Notes under the pieces: generated by a model | Database searches by the model: none | Told to the model about the DNA's origin: nothing | The model's input: only the letters and a program-made list of their open reading frames with translations | Origin: Phoronis australis | Lineage: Eukaryota > Animalia > Phoronida | Length of the DNA stretch: 64,000 nt | Assembly (NCBI GenBank): GCA_002633005.1 | Contig: NMRA01000515.1 | Location: forward strand, 213,004 to 277,003 | Direction of reading: 5' to 3' | Position numbers and translations under genes: made by a program | Part shown: positions 37,901-46,415 of the stretch, one piece after another | Numbering within the stretch: the first letter of the stretch is position 1 | Layout of the letters: the number at the start of each line of letters is the position of its first letter

Positions 37901-40603
37901 TTTGAAAACAAAACTTATCATGCTTCATGTAATCTAACACTTCACAACTAAAAATTTTCCTTGCACAAAAAACATCGGCAGTCATATACAGGTCTTACGT
38001 CACAGCAGATTGGTTGTATTTGTCATTCAGAACCTTAGCTCATTTTAATTGCAAGCATTTAACAAGCAGGTCAAACCTACACCACTAATTGTAAACAGTG
38101 CGTTGGTTAAGTGCAAGTCAGAGTGACATATACCCAAGGCCTACCACAAGGCCTTCATCTAGAGGGCATCCAACTGGACATACCATGACTGAATTTATTT
38201 GGATGCCCTGTTCAGCAATTGTAAGCCAGTCCAAAATAGTTAAGATATGATGCAAGATATGATAACATTTATTGCAGACCAATGTTTCCTTTTGTAACAC
38301 ACCACACTGTCATAGCTACTTGACTTAGGGATCATAAAAATGCAGTTATGTGTCGTTGGGTTATGGAAGCCCTGAGAAATTGGAAATGGTACCCATTTTG
38401 GACACCCTAATTTTGAAATTCTAGATGAGCCCCTGTATGAGACTACCAGGTGATGTCAGCTTTAAATTACGAGCCCACTGGAAAGGTCTGTCCTGGAATA
38501 AAACAACACAACTATCGTTCCATAGTCACCAACATTGTAACACACACTTGTCCAGCTTCTTCTATATACAGATGTAGTGGTAACTATTTCATATTCCAAA
38601 TATTATGTAATTGTAACACAAGCAAACTTTTATTACATTCTGAGTTACAATGCTGATACCAAGAAATTGGCAAAAAGAACAAATAACAGTGCTGAATGTT
38701 CTTCCTTTGCTTATCAACTGAGGAGTGCCTGACATTTTGAAAAGTAGGTCAGTCACGCAATGTATATTAATTTCAACCTGCACTAAAAGGTTCAATCCAG
38801 GAAGAGCCCAGCATACAGACATAGCCTCGGGCCACAGAAACCTGGTGGGAGGGCACACATAAAGAATATTTACTGTTGTCCATTATAAGTGATTAAACAA
38901 ATGATTTCTACAACATGGAACTGAATATTCGTGAAAAGAACAGATTACATTCTTTTATAACAGGTATGCTTCATTACAACAATGAACAAAGCAGAACATT
39001 GCATTTTAGAAATTTGGTTGACAAATCTGTCAAGTAGCAGACAGAATGGGCTGTCTGACTAAACCACACTAACCATGAACATGACAAAAAATGTTAAGGT
39101 TGCCAATGCTGTGCCTGTGATTGGCTAATATTGTTTTCATTGTCAAAAAGTAACGAACAAAAACCCTCCCAACATCAGCTGTAGCTGACAATCACAGCAT
39201 CAGATAGGTTACAAGGCCATAACTATGAGACACTCAACTTCGTCCAAATATAGATAATTTTACAAAGTAAAGTTCACAAGTACCTAAAACGTCACAATTA
39301 AATAAGGGCTGAGGTGCACACATTATAATCAGGGATGACAGGACCAGTTGATCTTCATGGGTCGTTTGAAACACAAATATTTCTATTAGCCAAGAACATC
39401 AATTTACAACATTGTGTCCAGCAATACATTTACATACACAAGGATATGAAATGCAAACAACACCTTCAATGTGAAATAACATAAACAAGTCAACATTTAG
39501 GCCCTTTTACTAAAAATTTGTGATTTATGATCTCTTTAACATAACTTAAAAATTAACCCAGTGTTTCACAACCAAAAGTTAACATTTACATTTGTTCCCA
39601 CAGGTGTAAATCAGGCTCGTGACCAAAAAGGTTGTTCTTATGTGAAACAAGACCCTGGTATAAATTTTATCAAAAGCCATCAGTTTATAGCCACAACTAA
39701 GAAGGTCATAGGTACACTACTGCGAAGGCGACTGTATTTTAGAGAGCAAAGCATTGCTCACTGCTCACCCTCAAGTTGAACTCCCAATTTCATAAATTAT
39801 GTAAATTAACTGTTTGCTAAAACAATTAAAGATAAAACCCGTTTTAGCCAAGACCTGGGTGGAGTTCATTAGGCTGCGAAATAGTAGGTTACACTTACAG
39901 CAAGAAAACTTTGCTTATGGAACAGAAACAAGTGAATTCAATGCCTTAATTCATGAATTCTATCCCATATTTCAGCACTCTCCAGGCATATAGGTTATGG
40001 TGAAATGAGGATCCTGGTCTTGCAGGTTGGGCTGTCCCTTGAATGATACTAATTAGTGAAGTGTCATTAAAGAACCTTAAGCTTTCAGCTCTAACCAAGG
40101 TAATGAAGTTAGAGCAGTGATTGCTTGTCACACCACAACACAGGAATGGGTCAGCTGTTGGATCAATATACACTACTGCCGGTCAATATCTCACCTGCTC
40201 TTCAACACACCAACCGAATGTCTAGTCTCATCCTGGTGAGCTAACATTTTTTCATTAAAACAATTACTGATACATTCTTGCAAAGACTTTGTGAACGATA
40301 CAACACATATCTGCATATAATCTAACAAATTAGCTTGCTACCTTTATCATAACATACTACAGTAAAACTAACAAATATCTGTGTTATCAAAAAAAAGCAC
40401 ATTTCAAAAATCCTTTCGATGCCACAGTAATAATGCACAATGAGAGAATGAACAACAATGACTTTTCGAGCCTAAAACTCAAAAATCATAAAACCATGCA
40501 GCTGACTAGTACAATACCCAAATACCGTGGAATCATAAGTTAATTCTTACTCCATAGCTGCTTTCCACCGTGTCCTTGGGCTTATATTGTTGATCACATC
40601 CAT
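13810..40603 (-). CDS. OXR1: Oxidation resistance protein 1 / NCOA7 family (LysM-GRAM-TLDc), 958 aa; exons 40603-40551, 35163-35065, 33424-33285, 32806-32736, 31991-31884, 30554-30480, 29915-29703, 29345-29164, 27901-27790, 27524-26874, 26215-25975, 22070-21908, 20771-20588, 19593-19477, 19084-18932, 17532-17434, 16879-16806, 13951-13810
   Basis: All junctions are GT-AG and phase-compatible (total 2877 nt = 959 codons). LysM: [28 protein letters not shown]: [18 protein letters not shown]. Also [19 protein letters not shown]. TLDc: [49 protein letters not shown]. The N-terminal exons are less certain. Confidence 0.92.
14288..15402. mobile_element. Non-autonomous TIR element in the last OXR1 intron, with a nested small MITE (~14876-15024)
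   Basis: TIR ggcgatttcagaaaggtggttta vs revcomp of taaaccaactttatgaaattggc (19/23); repeated taaacc/tagacc subterminal motifs; nested ggaggatccaagggg...ctagatccgccc. Confidence 0.6.
16806..16879 (-). CDS. OXR1: OXR1 exon (TLDc)
   Basis: [25 protein letters not shown]|gtaagt. Confidence 0.92.
17434..17532 (-). CDS. OXR1: OXR1 exon (TLDc)
   Basis: [33 protein letters not shown]|gtgagt. Confidence 0.92.
17978..18182. repeat. 67-bp tandem repeat x3
   Basis: caaataacagtttagcctccacaagtcc... at 17978, 18045 and 18112. Confidence 0.95.
18932..19084 (-). CDS. OXR1: OXR1 exon (TLDc)
   Basis: [34 protein letters not shown]...KDTFGS|gtaagt. Confidence 0.93.
19477..19593 (-). CDS. OXR1: OXR1 exon (TLDc start)
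   Basis: [39 protein letters not shown]|gtcagc. Confidence 0.88.
20588..20771 (-). CDS. OXR1: OXR1 exon
   Basis: [17 protein letters not shown]...SKDWE|gtgagt. Confidence 0.92.
21908..22070 (-). CDS. OXR1: OXR1 exon
   Basis: [21 protein letters not shown]...[11 protein letters not shown]|gtgagt. Confidence 0.9.
23040..25015 (-). mobile_element. Old degenerate HINE-like repeat with internal tandem subunits
   Basis: Recurrent aaatttcatgaa..tcca and aattgc(a/c)actagg motifs like those in 33724-34951; degenerate ggac-like run and small hairpin near 24950-25015; boundaries approximate. Confidence 0.45.
25404..25421 (-). CDS. OXR1: Candidate 18-nt frame-preserving OXR1 microexon (adds DILRNK)
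   Basis: tcttgtttcactag|atattttgagaaacaaag|gtaagt; phase 1-1 matches both neighbours; upstream branch-like ggctaat. Confidence 0.55.
25975..26215 (-). CDS. OXR1: OXR1 exon (Ser/Lys-rich)
   Basis: VKDIHEIPC...[12 protein letters not shown]...MKALFQTPA g|gtaggt. Confidence 0.85.
26505..26850. repeat. 30-bp minisatellite, ~11 degenerate copies
   Basis: (atcacagtaactacaaacattgagagttat)n; accounts for ORF 26543-26770. Confidence 0.9.
26874..27524 (-). CDS. OXR1: OXR1 large acidic, low-complexity exon
   Basis: 651-nt open exon EDDCVCQ...[21 protein letters not shown]|gtgagc. Confidence 0.88.
27790..27901 (-). CDS. OXR1: OXR1 exon
   Basis: [16 protein letters not shown]...TIAK|gtaggt; phase 2-0 fits neighbours. 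Confidence 0.82.
28765..29112. mobile_element. MITE (~350 bp)
   Basis: Imperfect TIR ttcggtaattggacaccttcgctatca / tggtagcaaaggtatccaattatctgaa. Confidence 0.55.
29164..29345 (-). CDS. OXR1: OXR1 exon (GRAM-like domain)
   Basis: [29 protein letters not shown]...ALYHDIAAM. Confidence 0.93.
29703..29915 (-). CDS. OXR1: OXR1 exon
   Basis: [11 protein letters not shown]...[21 protein letters not shown]|gttagt. Confidence 0.9.
30480..30554 (-). CDS. OXR1: OXR1 exon (LysM end)
   Basis: [25 protein letters not shown]|gtaagt. Confidence 0.87.
31151..31445. repeat. 63-bp VNTR (~4.7 copies); 30672-31149 duplicates 31381-31857 across the N at 31150
   Basis: Unit ...gaagctagggatctaagacaatacattgcagaaataaaccatgtaaacacacaatttccaatt; only one unit in the left copy. 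Confidence 0.92.
31884..31991 (-). CDS. OXR1: OXR1 exon (LysM domain)
   Basis: [36 protein letters not shown]|gtaggg. Confidence 0.92.
32736..32806 (-). CDS. OXR1: OXR1 exon
   Basis: [23 protein letters not shown]|gtacgt. Confidence 0.82.
33285..33424 (-). CDS. OXR1: OXR1 exon
   Basis: [32 protein letters not shown]...; phase 2-1 fits neighbours. Confidence 0.72.
33724..34951 (-). mobile_element. Helentron-associated interspersed element (HINE/DINE-1-like), ~1.23 kb
   Basis: On -: T-run, subTIR atgcaccc with 5' hairpin ccacata-tttg-tatgtgg, (gtcc)n microsatellite, internal tandem repeats, 3' subTIR gggtgcat, short palindrome caacgctccgtgttg, ending ctcttgtt. This is the DINE-1/HINE architecture. 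Confidence 0.8.
35065..35163 (-). CDS. OXR1: OXR1 N-terminal exon (in-frame internal ATG at 35126)
   Basis: gttgttacag|g...tcaag|gtaagc; [32 protein letters not shown]. Confidence 0.65.
37724..37830. repeat. ~52-bp tandem duplication
   Basis: tatacacagacatgggcccaaaccataatatactccatcacataatta occurs twice. Confidence 0.9.
40551..40603 (-). CDS. OXR1: Probable OXR1 first coding exon (exon 40620-40551 including UTR)
   Basis: cattgtcag|gctctt...aaacATGg; [18 protein letters not shown] ending ga|gtaaga, phase 2 matches the next exon. Confidence 0.6.
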
Positions 40604-42539
40604 GTTTATTTCTCAAGAGCCTGACAATGACAGTAAATGTTAACTTGATAAGCACAATTAATTCAACACAGGCATCAACAGAAGTCAGGAAAGGAAATAC
40701 CACAGGTTTGTGGATAGACTAATGTCAACCAGCAATCAAGAACTAGCCTAGACATCTACTTGACTTGACCAAAAGGATAGTTAGAAGAAGTAAATTAAGA
40801 AGTATTGATTTACTGTGGTTCGCCCTCCGACAGTATCGAAGCCTTTTGACACTACTTCAACTCTAGTGGAAAATGCAGGTTTTTATGACCTTAGGTCATA
40901 TTAGAACAAAATCTTTTGTTCAAAATTTATGGATTTGATACATCAAGCATTAACATAAGGTTATGTAGCGCTCTTACAAAAATGACCAAATTTGTAACAC
41001 CACATCCCAGAAATGGCTGGTTGGTTTCATCTGAAACTTTCCAATGGTTTTGTGGATGTTTGACTAAATATGCAGACTCATGCATAAGGTCTTAAATAAC
41101 CTTAAAAACAAAATTAATTTGCAACAAAGAGCAAAATATGTGAAGTCATAAAACAATAACTTAAACATTTAAGTTTCACTTGTACCTGTGTGAATCAAAA
41201 ATAGGACAGATGAATAGACACCCTCCCACCAATAGCATGTTGGCCGAAACCTCACGGAATCACCTGTACAGAGGTTTCAAGCACAATTGAAATGAAACAG
41301 GAAGTTGTTAAGACAAAAACCCAGCAACATTGAACTTGAGTTAACAAGGAGTGTAGCAAGTGGACAAGCCCTGAGGAATGATAAGAGACTACACACCCAC
41401 ATTATAGATTGTGTTATGCACACTTTAAAGATTCCACCAGTGTTTATTAAACTTCCTCAGCAAACCCTGACCCCATCAGCACAATAGATAACTAGACTAG
41501 TACCAGCAGAGACTAGATGCTACGATCTATACCAGCTAATGATTGGTCATAGAAATGACGTCGAATAATTTAGCAACGAATGCTGGCCCTCCCAACAAGG
41601 GCACTGAATGGTTCCCTTATCACAGCAATTTGTTTACTTTTAATTTAATGTTGATGTCTGCTGGGTAACGCTAATCATTTACAATTTCACTGTCCGCAGT
41701 AATATGTTAGTTCCTAGTAAATGTGCAGCGCTACTGCGACACCTATCAGGCTAGTCAACTCACGTGACTTTCCAAATAATGAAATCAACACAGCTAGTAA
41801 CTTGACTGTATTTTCTGACTGCACCAAGCTGACTGTGCTGGAGGCTGGAACATGGCTAAACATATAAGCCATTGATGCTGGATCTAAAACTTTTTCCAAG
41901 GATTGTATCACAGCACATGGAAACTCTGTGACTAAAAAATTAGCGACACTTTAAAAAACATCTACTAAGATTTGGGCACATGAATGCAAATAATTCTGTC
42001 TACTGCAGATAATGAATAGCAATGGCTAGAAGTCAAAGCCAAATCTTTCACAGTTTGCCAAACTTGTGGATTGCAAATCAGCATAAAACAGTTAACTTTT
42101 ATGAAACAAAATTGGGTCTTTTTTATCTTTCCATACATTCTGACATTGTGGTGAATGCCAAAAGGTTGTCAAAGCAATGTCTGGTGGATGGTACTGGTAG
42201 CTATGACATAAAAGATAAGAAATATGATAAATAGACAATGCATTCATTCGGTGTTAAGTACTTATTTTTTGAAAAAAAGTGAAAACAAAATTTCACCTGT
42301 CCCTCATATTGTATTCTAAATTAGCCAGATTATATCATAACACAAATTACCCCAAACAAATGCCCAGAAATTAAAAGCTAAAACTAACCATGGCAGTATA
42401 AATCCTTGAACACAAAATATAAAAATAGTGATTTTTCATGCACTAGAAAAGAATTGGGATGACCACATTTTTAGAAATAGCAAGTATCAGAAGACCACCC
42501 CAATGTGGATATTGGTTAGAAATACTGACCAACCATTAA

Positions 42540-44210
42540 AGGAGAATGCCACCCGATTTAATTAGTCTTTTTTGCCGTCGTAATCGGTCTATATCCACAT
42601 CGCCTCGCATACGGTCGACGTTACCTTGCCAAGAGGTGTCGCGTTAACCTGTGAGGAAGGTGAGAAACGATGCTAGCGACGTCAGTGGTTCATATGCAGA
42701 ATGAATGCCGCTATGTTTCGGTGCATCGTTCCCGCTTGTCCGAACTAAGCAGCTGCGAGGAAAGCGAGTACATCGTTTTTTTACTTCCTCGAGAGTCCGA
42801 AATGCTTAGGAAGTGGCTCATGGTAGTGAAGAATGAAATGTATGCTTTAAATAGCAAGTATGAGGCCGTGAAACATCTCTGTGTCTGTGGCCTGTAGACG
42901 TCGACAGTGCCTGACGAATGCCGGCTTACCAAATAACTCCATACGTTCCGTTGTCTGAGCTTGTTCACGGCGCATCTCTAGTATTTCTTCATCACTGTGT
43001 TCCTGTTCGAATTGATAGCCTGTAAAACTTAACATTCCACCCGCGAAGTCGGGACTGATGAGCTCTAGCTCGTCCTAAGTCGGGATTGCGAGTTGCCATG
43101 TTGGCGTTTATTGCTGAGCGTTCTGTTTCAAAATGAATTATTCTCACCAAAACCAATACTTACATAAAACTGAAACAAAGTCTGTCTCATGCAATTTGTA
43201 ATGCCTTTGGAGTGTTCGTAAGTGCAAATGATTTGAGAAGCCAGCAATGAATAAATCACTGCGTTACCGGGTTTAGGCAGTGCAATAAAACTAATTGACG
43301 GGACACCGAGGCCGTGTGAGCTCATGCTAATTTAGTGTTTGCTGGCAGAAACTGTTGTGAAACAACTCGATTTCCATCCCATGGCCAGGTGTTAGGGGAA
43401 TCTTTATTTACATTTATATTACTCAAATAATGATTGTCAATGTACAACTTCGGCCCTGACGGTGCTGTGGCCAAAGCGGAACCGGCTGAATTCGCGGCCC
43501 GCCCGACGAGTAAGTAGTTTCGTTGCTAATTCACCAACATAATCACATGCACATTACTTTGGCTCACTAGTAATAATAGCATTTTCTTAATTGGAAGTTT
43601 TGTTTCCACTGAACTTTGGCTGGTTTATGTTCGTGATGTCTGATCAGTTTCCGAGCCACTGGCCTCGATAACGAGTCAGTCCGGCTGACCGCGACGGGCC
43701 TGATCGGGCTCCGAGCCACTGGCCAGGATAACAAGCGTTTTGTGTTTAGAACTCAAAAAATCACAAGTCTAAACAACACAGATCTAGGTTCTCCTGTCTG
43801 TATCTCACGGAAAATACTTCGAAATTATCTCCGAAGAGACCCCAAACACCTGCTACGGACCTTATTGGCCTGCCAAACTTTGTAAGCTACGGTGTCCAAA
43901 TACCAATAAATCCGTCATAGCGAAATAAAACAAAACTTTTTTATAAGAGCTTGGTGTATTTTTAAGGGTTTTACATCGAAGTTCGATGATTTATTGGTGT
44001 TAAACGATGACTTCAAGCAATAAGCCGACTCCAGTAACTCGTGTTGAGTGCTGAGCAGACTGCGTGTGAAACCGATGACGTCATTGGATAATTTCAACAC
44101 CTCCGTCTGGCGTCAGGTGTTAGGTAACGTAACCGTACGTGTCGTTATGGAGTAGAACTACTCGATCTAAATTGATACAAATTAGGTTGTTTTTTGGGTG
44201 GTACGCTCCT
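42540..44210. mobile_element. Kolobok-like non-autonomous DNA transposon (1671 bp)
   Basis: TTAA on both flanks (42536-42539, 44211-44214); AGG...CCT termini; TIR aggagaatgccaccc vs revcomp aggagcgtaccaccc; internal THAP remnant. Confidence 0.75.
42713..42897 (+). pseudogene. Degenerate THAP zinc-finger (transposase N-terminus)
   Basis: MFRCIVPACPN*...TSFFY[frameshift]PRESEMLRKWL...HLCVCGL*: CxxxxC, FP, W and C pattern with one stop and one frameshift. Confidence 0.65.
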
Positions 44211-44393
44211 TTAATTTCTTATTCTAGATCAGGGCAAAAGACTTCTTCTCGTCACCCTTCTTAAAAGTGTAGTAGACGTGACAGCACAGCAAGAAATTTT
44301 ACAGTGAATATTCACATCAGTGTATTTCATGACCTGGAACTCTTTTAAGACTTCCACATCACAGAAATCCTGCAAGCTAACAGGTTTTTCTCA

Positions 44394-45680
44394 CTTTTTC
44401 TTCGAGCAGTCCCTATTTCAGTTCCCAAAATCGTGAAATCAAAATTTTCATTTTTTAACCAGGCCGAAGGTCAGAAGTTGCGATCCTACCGGCGAACTTT
44501 GAAAGCTGAAGTTCCCACCCTTTGCGTACGTGCTGCCGGGAACCAGCTGTGCATTTGCCGTGTTGTTAAACATTAAAATGTCAAATATGTGCACAAAGAC
44601 TTTTAAATGTCATATCAACAGCATTTATTTTTATCAAATACAAACAATAATTCATTGAAATACAAACAGTTTCAAGTAACGCCAATTAAAGACAAGTATA
44701 TAAGTGGTGGCATTTTGGAAACGAACATTTGACTGACAAGACCGCAATGGCTCACCTTTGGCCTATTTAAAAATTATTGAGGTTATGAAGTCACATCACC
44801 TAGCGAGCGCGTTAAATGTTGGAGCGTGCGCAGTACAAATATTTTGATTTCATGATTTTGGGAACTGAAATAGGGACTGCTCGAAGAAAAAGTTTCATAA
44901 CGGGAGTACTTGTTCGAGTTGGAAGAACTTAAACACATCGACAACCTCCTAAGGTGTTCCTCTATGCGCAAAAGGTATTTATAACAACATGACTTTGATG
45001 GTTTAGTCGGTGCAAGGCATAATTCGCCGAAAAGCTTCCGGCGTACAGAGCGCCTATAGCCTCTACATCGCCTCTGGTTCGGGCCAACAGAGGCGATGGT
45101 CATTGCCTATATCCTAGATTGAGTAGACGAAAGCTTGCCAGCCAACTGCAAGCACAAAGGACACTGCAACCACAGGTACTCTCATTAGCTGTTCGACGTT
45201 ACAACTATAGTATCATTGATGAGCGGCTAAGGTGCTGCGCTGTAACTGCATGCAAAGCTGGCACTAGTCGGATATAACAGACAGTGATTTAGAGAACTAG
45301 TTTCATCCACTAAATAACGACCCTAAATAACAGGGTCGTTATTTAGTGATTGTCTGGTTCTCTAAATCAGGGTAAATAGACAGCGACCACAGTCTCTAGT
45401 CAGCTAATGTGATGTCACACCGCCCGCCGAGCAGTGTTAAAAATGGCAGAGTTTCTGAATTCGGGAACTGAACGAGGGACTGCTCGAAGAAAATGTTTGA
45501 TAAAGGGAGTATTCCTGCGAGTTGGAAGGAATTAAAAAATATATCGACGTCATCTTAGGGTATCCCTCTATGCAAAAGGTATTTATAACAACGTGACTTT
45601 GATGTTTTAGTCACTGTGAGGCATAATTCATCGAAAAGCTTAAGGCGTATGAAACTCCTACCCGAGCTACACCGTCTCTA
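44394..45680. repeat. Three copies of one repeat: 44394-44449 inverted against ~44840-44893, and ~44862-45080 direct with ~45463-45680
   Basis: gggaactgaa..agggactgctcgaagaaaa in all three copies; likely TE-derived. Confidence 0.75.
45285..45369. repeat. Fold-back palindrome (tiny MITE-like)
   Basis: Perfect 17-bp stem cactaaataacgaccct/agggtcgttatttagtg with a 7-nt loop, plus outer arms tgatttagagaac/gttctctaaatca. Confidence 0.85.
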
Positions 45681-45831
45681 GTCAGCTGGTCACTGTGAGT
45701 GTGAGTAGTGCCGTAAGGCGCAAAGCTTGTCGAAGGCGATGAAGGAGAATGCTATAACACATTAACAGAACATGAAAAGCTTCAAACGACAGATTAACGA
45801 AACCCTAAAAATATAGAAAGCTATAATTTAC

Positions 45832-45985
45832 CTTGCAAACTATTGGGTGCATATGTGGTGGAAATAGCTTGTTTTTGTTTAGTCGTCGACTTCCTCATTT
45901 CTCCAGTGCGTCTGCGCCATATTGATTCTTAATGAGAATCAGGGGCGATAACTCATTGCAATGTCTATAGATGGCGCGACAACGC
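45832..45985 (-). promoter_or_regulatory. Probable OXR1 promoter and non-coding first exon
   Basis: Donor gcaag|gtaaat at 45832/45831; YY1-type CAATATGGCG (45924-45915 on -); CpG density rises here compared with the CpG-poor gene body. Confidence 0.5.
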
Positions 45986-46150
45986 TTTGTCTTACTTTAA
46001 ACGTCAAGCGTGATCAGGCATTACGCGCATACCCGATGATCCATGTATTGCGTTTTTTTCAAAGAACAGTTCATAGTGTCGTGCATATGAGCGCATGCAC
46101 AGGTCAGTGTCCTTTGTACGGGTACTTATCATGTGATATAGGCGGGGGTA

Positions 46151-46415
46151 CATGCTCGCACCCAGGGGGCCCAGGGTGCTCTCGAACGAGCCCCCATTTG
46201 GCAAAGTGGGCAAAAAGGTCCGCCTGAGAGAAACAGAAAGTCCGAGAAAACCAGACAAAATTCCACTAAAAGGCAGGAATTTGGCGAATGCACAATTCGT
46301 AGCTCTGAACGAAATCTGTTTACCTGTTTTTTTAGTACTCCGTTTTATTTTTAGTAAAAGGTCCACATTCTCAAAAATTCGAGCCTCCCTATATTTTAGG
46401 CTGGGTGCGCGCATG
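46151..46415. mobile_element. Small MITE (265 bp)
   Basis: TIR catgctcgcacccag/ctgggtgcgcgcatg; flanking direct repeat gggta. Confidence 0.7.

Noticed and set aside
43050-43080. ctgatgag as a second hammerhead core (also ctgatga on - at ~63526)
   Set aside because: No properly spaced stem II and GAAA follow.
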